Shown in pieces: positions 43,278 to 53,044 of a DNA stretch of 64,000 nucleotides. The stretch lies in the sequence record SRR31156797_482, one strand, 5' to 3'. The notes beneath the pieces were generated by a model. The model was given only the letters and a program-made list of their open reading frames with translations, was not told the DNA's origin and did no database searches. Each line of letters starts with the position of its first letter. The first letter of the stretch is position 1. A program made the position numbers and the translations under genes.

Positions 43278-43577
43278 TTAGACTAACCCGTTACTTTTTT
43301 CGAGTACAATCAGTTTACGTTTGCCTGTGAATTTCCACCACGGTTGGGCTTCTCCCCCTTCCATAAAATCAACCACAGCCATCAACACATCAATCACACA
43401 ATGATCCACATTGTGTCCTTTCTGCTGACAAAGCTTGTCATACAGTGCAAATGGATTTTTTCCGATCAACTTTTGGGGATGATCGATACCAATCAGTTCA
43501 AGATCTCTTGCCATTGCTTTCCCAATATTGGGGAGCGCATCTAACCTGGAAACGGTATTTCGATCCGGATTCTTCAT
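43278..43577 (-). CDS. Helix-hairpin-helix protein (Cdd1 / mitomycin-resistance-like)
   Basis: LPNIGKA.A.DL..IGI, DHCV.DV, PWWKFT motifs. Confidence 0.8.
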   Translation of the reverse strand: MKNPDRNTVSRLDALPNIGKAMARDLELIGIDHPQKLIGKNPFALYDKLCQQKGHNVDHCVIDVLMAVVDFMEGGEAQPWWKFTGKRKLIVLEKSNGLV

Positions 43578-43746
43578 AATAACAATCTCTTTGAGCCAAA
43601 AACGTTTTTCGCATCTAGCACATTATTCTCACCTCTTCTACAACTCTCTTAGAGTTGGAAAAATCTGCTAAACATGAAGGGAGCAAACAAGACAAAACCA
43701 GCTTACTCAACACAAAGACTTCACAAGTTTCAAGCCAAGTATTCCA

Positions 43747-45123
43747 CTATTCGACATCTGGATTCTCAAGGCCATGTTTTTTAATTTTTCGCCATAGCGA
43801 AACCCTATCAATACCAAGAATTTTTGCAGCTTCAGATCTTTTCCCTTCTACTTCATCAAGCACTTCAATGATATATCTTTTTTGATATTCTTCCAGGGTT
43901 GGCCAGCTATCCTCCTCTTCTTTGGCCACCCTCAAAGCATCCTGTCCCAAATCGTCTGGCAAGTGATGCGGTTCAATCGTATCTTCCCTGCACGTAATCA
44001 AAATCCTTTGTACAATATTTTCCAGTTCCCTTACATTACCCGGATACTGATACCCCTTGAGAATTTCCGCTGCTATTGGTGAAAGGCGAGGCGTTTTTTG
44101 CGTCGGTTCGGCATATTTTTGCAGAAAATGGTTTACCAGCAAGGGGATATCGTTCCGCCGTTCAACCAACGGCGGAACCAGAACGGTGATAACGTCTAGA
44201 CGGTAATAAAGATCATTACGAAAACTGCCATCCTCGGCTGCCTCTTTAAGATTCCTATTGGTGGCCGCCAGCACCCTGAAATCGACCCGAATTTCATCTG
44301 ACCCCCCAACTCGCATCAATTTACGTTCCTGAAGGACACGTAAAAGTTTGACCTGCATCCCAAGGGATAACTCACTCACTTCATCAAAAAAAACAGTTCC
44401 ACCCTGGGCACACTCAAGTAATCCTTTTTTCGTCTTTTCAGCCCCGGTAAAAGCACCCTGCTCATGCCCAAACAGTTCATTGCTAATCAAATCTTCGGTA
44501 AAAGCACCACAATTAAAAGCGACTATCCGCTTATCAGCTCTACGACTTAGCTCATGAATAGTGCGAGCAACCAACTCCTTGCCAGTACCGGTTTCACCAA
44601 CAATAAGGACATTACAGTCCAGCTGGGCAATTTGCGAAATCTGCTCCCGTAGAGCCTGTATTTTTGAACTCTGGCCGATAATCCTTGAGGAACCGCTGGT
44701 CTCGGAAATATGCTGCCGCAGCCGGTGCAGTTCCTGCTGCATCGAATTTTTTTCCAGAGCTTTAACAACAATGGCCTTCAACTCCTTGATGTTCAACGGC
44801 TTGGCCAAATAATAGTAGGCCCCTTTACTCATGGACTCAACAGCATTATTTAAGCTGGCATAACCAGTAACCATCAATATTTCGGCAGCAGGCCATAAAC
44901 GTTTTGTTTCCTCAAGAACTGCCAGCCCGTCTTTGCCTTTCATCCGCAAATCTGTAATAACCAGGTTCACTTCCTGGCGCTCCATAAGCTCAATAGCTTC
45001 TTCACCACTCCCGGCAGCAAAAACCGTGTACCCTTCCTTACGAAGGACATGGGTTAGGTTATCGCGGGCGATAGGTTCATCATCCACCACCAGAATTGCA
45101 TGTGTAACAGGTGCAGAGATCAT
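43747..45123 (-). CDS. sigma54-dependent response regulator (NtrC family)
   Basis: REC (VVDDE...TDLRM...KP), AAA+ GETGTGKE, GAFTGA, YPGNVREL, Fis HTH; probable start ATG 45123. Confidence 0.95.
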   Translation of the reverse strand: MISAPVTHAILVVDDEPIARDNLTHVLRKEGYTVFAAGSGEEAIELMERQEVNLVITDLRMKGKDGLAVLEETKRLWPAAEILMVTGYASLNNAVESMSKGAYYYLAKPLNIKELKAIVVKALEKNSMQQELHRLRQHISETSGSSRIIGQSSKIQALREQISQIAQLDCNVLIVGETGTGKELVARTIHELSRRADKRIVAFNCGAFTEDLISNELFGHEQGAFTGAEKTKKGLLECAQGGTVFFDEVSELSLGMQVKLLRVLQERKLMRVGGSDEIRVDFRVLAATNRNLKEAAEDGSFRNDLYYRLDVITVLVPPLVERRNDIPLLVNHFLQKYAEPTQKTPRLSPIAAEILKGYQYPGNVRELENIVQRILITCREDTIEPHHLPDDLGQDALRVAKEEEDSWPTLEEYQKRYIIEVLDEVEGKRSEAAKILGIDRVSLWRKIKKHGLENPDVE

Positions 45124-45127
45124 AATC

Positions 45128-46561
45128 TTATTGGGCGGCTTCCTGTAGCGGGAGAACGATAAAAAAAGAGGCCCCCTGGCCTGGTTCACTCATCACCGTA
45201 ACTTTGCCACGGTGCTGTTGAATGATACCGTAAGCCACGGAGAGTCCTAGTCCAGTGCCTTTTCCCTCTTCTTTGGTTGTATAAAAAGGATCAAACAAAC
45301 GCCCTTGGATTTCTTTTGGAATCCCAGGACCAGAGTCATGAATTTCGATTTGCACCTGCTTTTCTGCTTTGTCCACTTCAGTAGACAAAGTAATGACGCC
45401 CTCCTGTTCAATCGCTTGAGCTGCGTTCATAATAATATTAATAAAAACTTCCTGCATCCGCTGTACATCCATGGGTAACATGAGATTTGCAGGAATAGTG
45501 ACGACAATAGAAATATCTGCTGAAATCTGACTACTCACCAAGCTGACCGAGCGGGTCACGACATCTTTTAGCAGGGCTGTTCGAAGCTTGAAATCCTGGG
45601 AACGTGAAAATTCCAGCAGCCCTTTGACCACATCACGCGCCCGCATTGTTTCCAGATAAATATTATCGAGCATATTCCTCTGCAACGATCTGCTATCAGA
45701 GTCAAAATCATCTATCGCAATTTGACAGGAGGTGGAAATATTATTTAACGGATTATTTAACTGATGGGCCACCCCTGCTGTAAGGGTGCCAATGGAAGAA
45801 AGTTTTTGCGACTGTACCAGTTGCTCCTGGCGTCTTTCCAATTCATACACCATGGTATTGAACGCCTCCAGAACCTGTTGCATTTCATCACCGGTATTTA
45901 TGACATCAACAGGCTTAAAGCGCCCTTCTGCAATAGCTGCAGTAGCTTTTTTGATGGAACGTAATGGCTTAAAAACACCAAAAAAAGCAAACAACGGAAT
46001 AAGAAAACCAAAACAGATTGCCACCATGGTCATAGTCGCAATCCTGGATTTTAACTCTCGAATAATATTACTCAGCTGTACCCGTTCAAACTCAAGCAAT
46101 CGAGCACTCTTTTCTGTCATCTGCTGGCCAAGTTCACGTGTTGAACTGACAACCTTTTTATATTCCTCGTGTCCGAGCACTTGCCCATCAGACAATAAAC
46201 TAACTGTATTACGGTAGGCAATGATACCCTTTTTCAGTTCCTTGACTAGGGGTAAAGCTTTCAGGTGCACCATTTGGTCGTGAACAGAGTTGATTGTCTC
46301 CTCTGCCTTCTGCACATACTTGCTATTCTCCTCAAGAGCTGCTGTTGTCTTGTAAAGAAAGAAGTTTTTTTCATACCGACGTACTTCAAGAATAATATTA
46401 TCCATCAAGTAGGCATACTCCATCATCTTGAATTTAATTTCCGCTGTTTGCAGATCATCTTTGGAAACAAACCAGACAGATACAATTCCAACCAGATAGA
46501 GAATCACAAAAAGAATAATTTTCAGGGTAAGAGTGAACTTCACCCGGTATGATTTAGGCAC
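45128..46561 (-). CDS. HAMP sensor histidine kinase
   Basis: 2 TM + periplasmic helical sensor, HAMP, HisKA AGVAHQLNNPL, HATPase (N, DSGPG, F, GTGLGL boxes). Confidence 0.93.
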   Translation of the reverse strand: MPKSYRVKFTLTLKIILFVILYLVGIVSVWFVSKDDLQTAEIKFKMMEYAYLMDNIILEVRRYEKNFFLYKTTAALEENSKYVQKAEETINSVHDQMVHLKALPLVKELKKGIIAYRNTVSLLSDGQVLGHEEYKKVVSSTRELGQQMTEKSARLLEFERVQLSNIIRELKSRIATMTMVAICFGFLIPLFAFFGVFKPLRSIKKATAAIAEGRFKPVDVINTGDEMQQVLEAFNTMVYELERRQEQLVQSQKLSSIGTLTAGVAHQLNNPLNNISTSCQIAIDDFDSDSRSLQRNMLDNIYLETMRARDVVKGLLEFSRSQDFKLRTALLKDVVTRSVSLVSSQISADISIVVTIPANLMLPMDVQRMQEVFINIIMNAAQAIEQEGVITLSTEVDKAEKQVQIEIHDSGPGIPKEIQGRLFDPFYTTKEEGKGTGLGLSVAYGIIQQHRGKVTVMSEPGQGASFFIVLPLQEAAQ

Positions 46562-46678
46562 ATCTTTCCTCCAAGAGTTTCCATTACGACCTTATGCCAG
46601 TTTCAATAGATGGATCATTATTGATCATATGTTATCAGTTAAAGGCTGTTATCCGCCTGGCGCACGGCACGAGGTTGC

Positions 46679-47533
46679 TCAACCTTGCCTTATCCGAGTT
46701 ACAAGTACAGGACAAGAGGCTCGGGAAGCAACATGCTCGACAGTATTGCCACAAAACAAATCAACTCCGGATGAATCAGCCTTATACCCTAAAACGATGA
46801 GATTAATATTTTGGTCCACCGCATAACTGAGAATGCATTGTTCAGTGCTATTGCCACGCATAGCAGCAATCACCGGAATATCGAGTTGTTCGCACCTGGC
46901 AACAAACTCTTTTAAAATATTCCACCCTTCTTTTTCGGCCTCCCCCAGCACCCCGTAACGAAACGAACGGTCGATTGGAATATCAGTTACATAGAGTGCG
47001 TGAATCTCGCTTCCGTAGCTCACAGCCAAATCAATAGCCTCCCGGCATACGGGCTCCATCTCCAGTGAACCATTTACATGTACCAAAATGCGGTCAAATT
47101 TTATTTCAGCATCTTCTGGCACCAAGAGTGTATCACAAGGACTACCTGCTATCACACTAAGAGTCGTGCTTCCAAGTAATATCTTTTCCAACGGCATCCG
47201 TTTGGAACAACCAAGAAGTATCAAATCAGCCTGCTCCTGTCGAGCGGCTACAACAATCTCCAACCGTGGTTTCCCTACTCGGTGAATCGTTTGCATGTTG
47301 AGTCCCAAAGATAAAGCATATTGCTTTGCTTCATAGAGAACATTTTGATGGGGAGCTTTCAGTTGTCGGTCAGCATTATCTAAAAAAAGTCGATTCATAT
47401 TGCCTTCATATTCGGGAGTTACAGAAATCACCACGACTCTTGCCCGCATAGAGGAGGCCAATGCCAAAGCCTCCTTATAGAGTGAACGGTTTTCCCAGGC
47501 ATTATCCATTGCGGCCAGTATTGTTCGTATCAT
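46679..47533 (-). CDS. Tandem universal stress protein
   Basis: Two USP domains (ADLILLG...LLGST...SPCD.L.VP; INLIVLG...CGNTVE.V...ASCPVLV). Confidence 0.88.
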   Translation of the reverse strand: MIRTILAAMDNAWENRSLYKEALALASSMRARVVVISVTPEYEGNMNRLFLDNADRQLKAPHQNVLYEAKQYALSLGLNMQTIHRVGKPRLEIVVAARQEQADLILLGCSKRMPLEKILLGSTTLSVIAGSPCDTLLVPEDAEIKFDRILVHVNGSLEMEPVCREAIDLAVSYGSEIHALYVTDIPIDRSFRYGVLGEAEKEGWNILKEFVARCEQLDIPVIAAMRGNSTEQCILSYAVDQNINLIVLGYKADSSGVDLFCGNTVEHVASRASCPVLVTRIRQG

Positions 47534-47572
47534 AATATGCTGTCTACCCTGCTACCATTGCACAATAACAGC

Positions 47573-48037
47573 TCACTTAGCACCTCTTGTTCCGTAAAAA
47601 ACAGGAACAGGAGCCACAGTAAGCAGCTCATCCTTTTTGATTCCTCGATCTACAACAATAAAGCCTACATTTTTAATAATCCGGCAAAGCCGATGTACAA
47701 CTTTGCTTATCTTCCCAGTCTCCAAGACATAAGCTACGGCAACCCCTTTTCTCTCAGCCTGCTTTTTAAGGGCAAGCACGCTCTCGTTAACCGCTGCAGA
47801 GAAAAGGTGATTGCGCTGACCACCATCCGACAAAAGAGGCATGGTATCAACATAAACAACCAATAAACGATGGTTGAGCCTCTGCGCGACATTTACGCCA
47901 TACCCCATTGTAGCCCTGGAAAGATGACCGTTGCGAGTCAGTACCATAACAACAGGTAGACTGTGAATAGCTACTGGTGCTATCCCGTTCTCAGATTTTC
48001 TTCCAAATTCTCCATGATTTTTAATTTTTATCATCAT
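47573..48037 (-). CDS. Degenerate USP-like protein
   Basis: Alpha/beta pattern ending PVPVF, co-oriented upstream of the USP gene. Confidence 0.55.
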   Translation of the reverse strand: MMIKIKNHGEFGRKSENGIAPVAIHSLPVVMVLTRNGHLSRATMGYGVNVAQRLNHRLLVVYVDTMPLLSDGGQRNHLFSAAVNESVLALKKQAERKGVAVAYVLETGKISKVVHRLCRIIKNVGFIVVDRGIKKDELLTVAPVPVFYGTRGAK

Positions 48038-48193
48038 CGCACGTGCTAACTATCGTTGTTCCTTTGCTACAATTATATGTATGCCCCACCTCCTCTCTAC
48101 CATGCAAACTCTATCCCCCTTTAGCTAAAATAACGTAACACATTAATAATGTGTGAACATTACAACCAATTCTATACTCAACCGACATGTCTT

Positions 48194-48476
48194 TGTTGCA
48201 AAATGTAACACTGCCAAGCTTATCCATTCCCAGTATTGCAGTAGCATATTACCTGCAGGCCTGCTAAAGGCCCCTACTGCAAATTATCCAATCTATTATT
48301 ACTCAACATTTCATATAGATAAGAGAAACCACCTCTTGCTTGCCCTTTGCCCACCGGAAACACTTCACGTTGCATTTTGCAACAACCCATTCTTTGCCCC
48401 CCAAATTGCTCCTAACACTCTTATAAATCGATATTAAACAGCAATTAGCGCACAACTAACGTTGCATTTCGCAACG
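48194..48476. promoter_or_regulatory. Three palindromic enhancer-like sites GTTGCA-N3-(T/C)G(C/T)AAC
   Basis: TGTTGCAAAATGTAACA 48194-48210; GTTGCATTTTGCAAC 48369-48383; CGTTGCATTTCGCAACG 48460-48476. Confidence 0.7.
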
Positions 48477-48541
48477 CCTCCCCATTTTCGCTACCATCCA
48501 CAACCTACTGAAATAAAAGAAATAAAAAAAACAAGCTAACA

Positions 48542-48557
48542 TGGTTCCCGATTTGCT
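48542..48557 (+). promoter_or_regulatory. sigma54 (-24/-12) promoter
   Basis: TGG-TTCCCGATTT-GCT: GG-N10-GC with TTGC at -12, downstream of the palindromes. Confidence 0.6.
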
Positions 48558-48647
48558 TTGACAAGAGAATTACTCTTTGCAGCACGACAGGATAAGCGAC
48601 AATGAATGAAAGTCAGACATTATGTATCCCTTAAAGGAGATTCAGTT

Positions 48648-48986
48648 ATGCAACAAAATGATCCTCATCAAACGAGAGTGGCAGTCAATGCAAGTAAACA
48701 GTCTTCAAAAAACAAGAGCGCTGGCACCGTCAACACAACTGTCCCAAACATGCAGGTCAGTCATCGCCCCAAAAGGCCGATCTCAAAAATGCTCCTTTTG
48801 GGTGGCTTATCTGCAGGAGGGTACGGCCTCCTCTTTTCTCATCAAGCCCTGATGACTACCACCTATACCCTTGGAGGCTGGCATGCCGTGTTTCCGGTGG
48901 GTACAGCATTTTGTTTTTCTTTTGTCCATGGAGCTTTTGCCAGCAACTTGCTTTCAGTAATTGGCATGGAGCCTAAAAAGGCCTGA
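48648..48986 (+). CDS. Small two-TM membrane protein upstream of TauE
   Basis: AAGGAG SD; two hydrophobic segments (GGWHAVFPVGTAFCFSFVHGAFAS). Confidence 0.75.
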   Translation: MQQNDPHQTRVAVNASKQSSKNKSAGTVNTTVPNMQVSHRPKRPISKMLLLGGLSAGGYGLLFSHQALMTTTYTLGGWHAVFPVGTAFCFSFVHGAFASNLLSVIGMEPKKA

Positions 48987-49038
48987 ATTACCCAATAGCT
49001 AATCCAGCTTTCCCAAATCAGAAGTAGGAGAACTCGCA

Positions 49039-50379
49039 ATGAAAAAATATGTATTTATTCTGCTCACAGTGCTGCTCTTGACTCCACTGGTGCAGAATGC
49101 ACATGCCGGAGGGCCACCGCCAAAAAATGTAATAAAAGGGATTTTCACCCAAATTTCCGTCGTAAACAGAACCGCCACCATCAAGATGGATGGTCAAGAT
49201 GCAACCAAAATCCTTGTCCTTGGGAAAGCGATGTCCCCTGAAGACATCACCCTTGACAAAAAAGTGATGGTCAGCCTGGATCCCCATGCAGGTCCCAACG
49301 TCATCAAGGATGTTTCCGTCATGTTTTTTGATATGACCGTAACCAAAATTGCAGCTCTTCTTTTGGTTGGGTTGATAGGAGGATTGCTTTCAGGATTCAT
49401 CGGTTCAGGCGGTGCCTTTATCCTGACTCCGGCAATGATGTCCATGGGCGCACCTGGCGCAGTCGCAGTTGCCAGCAATATGTGCCATAAATTCCCCAAG
49501 GCCATGGTCGGCTCCTACAAACGCTGGAAATATGGTCAGGCAGATATCAAATTGGGCCTGGTAATAGCTGTCACTTCCATTATTGGGGTCCAGATTGGGA
49601 TAAAGGCCCAGAAATCCATACTGGACCATTGGGGAAACGCCGGGTCAAACCTCTATGTCAGCGCGATCTTTGTACTGGTACTGCTCATTGTTGGACTTTA
49701 TGTAATGCGGGATGCAATTAAGCTATCCAATGGTACTACCGAGGCAAAAACCTCAAAGCTGGCCACCAGACTGCAAAAATTGGAAATATGGCCAATGATG
49801 GAATTTAAGGTTGCCAAGGTACGTATATCTGCATGGATAACCATCCCGGTTGGCCTCTTTACCGGCATGCTGGCTGCGACCATTGCGGTAGGTGGCTTTA
49901 TCGGTGTTCCCGGAATGATCTATATAGTAGGTGCATCGGCACTGGTCTCCAGCGCAACAGAACTTGTTGTTGCGTTTATAATGGGTGCATGGGGGTCAGT
50001 ACAATGGGGAATGTCCGGACTTATTGATGTCCGGATGACCCTCCTTATCCTGGCGGGATCCTTGATAGGCGTACAACTCGGTGCAATCGGCACAACCTAT
50101 GTCAAAGATTATACCATCAAAATGGTTATGGCTTCTGTCATGTTGATCGTAGCGGTTTCGCGAGGCGCAAAGGTCCCTATCTATTTAGCAGACCTTGGTC
50201 TTATTCCGCAGCTACAGACAAAATTAAGCAGCGCACTCAATGCTGTCAGCTTCTGGGCCTTGATAGCAGCCCTGCTCGTTGCTGGAATTATCATCTCTGT
50301 TGCAATGGCCAAGGGCATGTTGCAGGATCGAGCACAAAAACGCAGCCAGGCAGCTACCGGCCAGGAAATTGCCGGATAA
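49039..50379 (+). CDS. Sulfite exporter TauE/SafE family permease with N-terminal exported domain
   Basis: GLLSGFIGSGGAFILTP and GMLAATIAVGGFIGVP repeats; signal peptide plus about 75 aa soluble segment. Confidence 0.88.
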   Translation: MKKYVFILLTVLLLTPLVQNAHAGGPPPKNVIKGIFTQISVVNRTATIKMDGQDATKILVLGKAMSPEDITLDKKVMVSLDPHAGPNVIKDVSVMFFDMTVTKIAALLLVGLIGGLLSGFIGSGGAFILTPAMMSMGAPGAVAVASNMCHKFPKAMVGSYKRWKYGQADIKLGLVIAVTSIIGVQIGIKAQKSILDHWGNAGSNLYVSAIFVLVLLIVGLYVMRDAIKLSNGTTEAKTSKLATRLQKLEIWPMMEFKVAKVRISAWITIPVGLFTGMLAATIAVGGFIGVPGMIYIVGASALVSSATELVVAFIMGAWGSVQWGMSGLIDVRMTLLILAGSLIGVQLGAIGTTYVKDYTIKMVMASVMLIVAVSRGAKVPIYLADLGLIPQLQTKLSSALNAVSFWALIAALLVAGIIISVAMAKGMLQDRAQKRSQAATGQEIAG

Positions 50380-50935
50380 AATGCCATATTTATGGAGTTA
50401 TTGCCATCATGACCGGTGATAACTCCATAGGCGTTCTCCGTATCTGGAAGAATGATACCAGCTCTCCCCACGTCGCCCCTGAAGCAGGGGCACCTTATCC
50501 CCGCATCCTAACGCTGAAGAGTTTTACCCAAGAGGTATAGCTATGGAATTCTCTATATATTTTTCTGTATTTGTCATTTGTATGAGTACACTTCATCTTA
50601 TTTCACAACTTGCCGCTTCCGCACACCGTTCTCATGCATATGCTTCTGCTTCGTTGCCAACAACGAAAAGAACAATGGAGTTAAGAGACGACTGGTATAT
50701 GTTTTTTTACTGCTCAGCTCTCACCGGACAACGGCACAAAGTCAAGCACCTGAATACAACTGCAAGCTTCTACCAACAACGAGTTCCCAGTCGTTTGGCC
50801 TCGCGAACATATGTACACTAGCCACCAACTCCCCCACATTCTTCTTCCAGGCAATGCTTCCACCTCCAAAACTGTGATGGGGAAAAATCATGTTTTTTAA
50901 AAAAAAGAACAGCAAAAAGCTCCCCCCAAAAAGGG

Positions 50936-52915
50936 ATGCCACAACATTCCTCACTTACCCAATTAAAGGGCAAAATTGAGACTACTGATCTTCCTTCCCA
51001 TGCATTACAGGCGGCACTCTCTGAATTACAAAAACTGGAGAAAACAGACCCGGCTATGGCCGAGTACACGGTTGGCATAAATTATATAGACCTCCTCCTG
51101 GATCTTCCTTGGAGAGTGAGTCAACAAGGGTACTTTGATCTTGAAAGAGCGCAAAAGATACTGGATGCACGCCACTGCGGACTGCATCAGATCAAACAGC
51201 TCATTCTTGAATTTCTCGCCGTAAAAAGGCTGCGGGAGAACAACAAGCCACAAATACTGATTGTTGATGACGAGGCTATAGCCCGTACAAATATGGAGCA
51301 TATCCTTCTCAAAGAAGGATACCGTTGCTTTACGGCTGCAAACGGTGCTGAAGCCTTAAAATTATTACCTGAAAATGAGATTGACCTGGTCATCACCGAC
51401 CTGAAGATGAACTGTATGAACGGCATTGAATTGCTGGGCCACATCACCAGACTGAATCCTGAAATACCAGTCATTATAGTTACCGGTTTTGCCACAGTCG
51501 ACACCGCAGTGAAGGCCCTGCAAAAAGGTGCTGCCAATTATTTAGGCAAGCCTGTCAACCTGAATGAACTCAAAAAAGCAGTCAAGGATATTTTAAAACA
51601 CAGGCGGTGCAGGGATATCGACAAAGCGCCAATTCTCTGCTTTACCGGGCCCCCAGGCACAGGCAAGACCTCTATTGGAAAAGCTATTGCCGATGCCCTA
51701 CAACGTCAATTTGTTAGGGTCTCTGTGGGTGGTTTGCGCGATGAAGCCGAATTGCGTGGCCACCGACGAACATATGTAGGAGCCATGCCTGGTCGAATAG
51801 TAAGCGAGATCAGAAGATCGAAAATAAACAATCCTGTTTTTATGCTTGACGAGCTGGATAAAATTGGCCAGGATTTTCGTGGCGACCCAGCCTCTGTATT
51901 GTTAGAAATTTTTGATCCGGAACAAAACTCGCAGTTTATCGACCACTACCTGGATATTCCATTTGACCTGTCCCATGTCATGTTTATGGCAACAGCAAAC
52001 GATCTTTCCAGGTTGCCCTTACCACTACTTGACCGTATGGAGATTGTTCATTTCACGGGGTATACAGAGCTGGAAAAAATGAAAATCACGCAACAGCATA
52101 TTGTTCCACGACAGCTCAAAGCGACAGGGCTGAGTAAATCAGCCATCACCTTTACCGATGACGCAGTGTCATGCCTCATAAATGATTACACCCGTGAACC
52201 AGGACTGCGAAATCTGGAGCGCGAGATAGCAAGTGTCTGCAGGAAGATAGCACTCTTAAAACTTGCATCAGGAGAGGATACCAACTTTACCGTTATTGAA
52301 AAAAACGATGTCTCTTCTTTTTTAGGGACGAAAAAATTTTACCGTGAAGTAAGCAGTGCAGGAGACCACACAGGCATTACCACCGGACTGGTTTGGTCTG
52401 AGTCTGGCGGAGAAATTATATCCATTGAAACCGTCAAAATGCCTGGCAATGGAGGCCTCATCCTTACCGGATCATTGGGTGAAATCTTGCAGGAATCAGC
52501 CCATACCGTTTTAAGTCTGATTCGTAGCAAAGCCGACGAGTTTGCACTTCCCCATGACCTTTTTCAACGATATGACATCCACCTCCATATCCCGGCTGGC
52601 AGCATCGCCAAAGACGGACCATCAGCAGGTATCCCCATATTTGCAGCCCTGCTGTCTCTTTTTACAGAGAGGATGACACGCCCTGGAGTTGCATCAACAG
52701 GTGAAATAACTTTAAGTGGTCGAATTCTTCCCGTCAGTGGAATTCGTGAAAAAATAATGGCAGCACAGCGGGCAGGAATGACAAGGGTACTCACCCCAAA
52801 AGCCAACCAAGATGAAGTGCTAGACCTCCCAGAAGACGTTATCGCAGGTATTGATATACAAATGATCAACGATATAAAACAAGTGATAGACTTGATCTTA
52901 GCCCCAATCCCATGA
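50936..52915 (+). CDS. Lon-family protease lacking the N-terminal LON domain, with inserted receiver domain
   Basis: LDLPW...LDARHCGL..IK..ILEFLAV, REC (51248-51597), GPPGTGKTS, GHRRTYVGAMPG, LDELDK, KDGPSAG and GIREK (Ser-Lys dyad). Confidence 0.92.
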   Translation: MPQHSSLTQLKGKIETTDLPSHALQAALSELQKLEKTDPAMAEYTVGINYIDLLLDLPWRVSQQGYFDLERAQKILDARHCGLHQIKQLILEFLAVKRLRENNKPQILIVDDEAIARTNMEHILLKEGYRCFTAANGAEALKLLPENEIDLVITDLKMNCMNGIELLGHITRLNPEIPVIIVTGFATVDTAVKALQKGAANYLGKPVNLNELKKAVKDILKHRRCRDIDKAPILCFTGPPGTGKTSIGKAIADALQRQFVRVSVGGLRDEAELRGHRRTYVGAMPGRIVSEIRRSKINNPVFMLDELDKIGQDFRGDPASVLLEIFDPEQNSQFIDHYLDIPFDLSHVMFMATANDLSRLPLPLLDRMEIVHFTGYTELEKMKITQQHIVPRQLKATGLSKSAITFTDDAVSCLINDYTREPGLRNLEREIASVCRKIALLKLASGEDTNFTVIEKNDVSSFLGTKKFYREVSSAGDHTGITTGLVWSESGGEIISIETVKMPGNGGLILTGSLGEILQESAHTVLSLIRSKADEFALPHDLFQRYDIHLHIPAGSIAKDGPSAGIPIFAALLSLFTERMTRPGVASTGEITLSGRILPVSGIREKIMAAQRAGMTRVLTPKANQDEVLDLPEDVIAGIDIQMINDIKQVIDLILAPIP

Positions 52916-53044
52916 CAGACGTCTCACAACCCTTTGGTTACATTTACACGAGATCAGGCTCGATGCAGAAAAGAACGCCTTGATCGCATATTGCAAAGGA
53001 AAACAGCTCACCACTTTATCAGGTTCTCATATAGGAAACGAACA

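Noticed and set aside
50543-50877. Small ORFs between tauE and lon
   Set aside because: 50543..50821 has an SD-like AGAGGT but no recognisable features, and it overlaps alternative ORFs; not supportable
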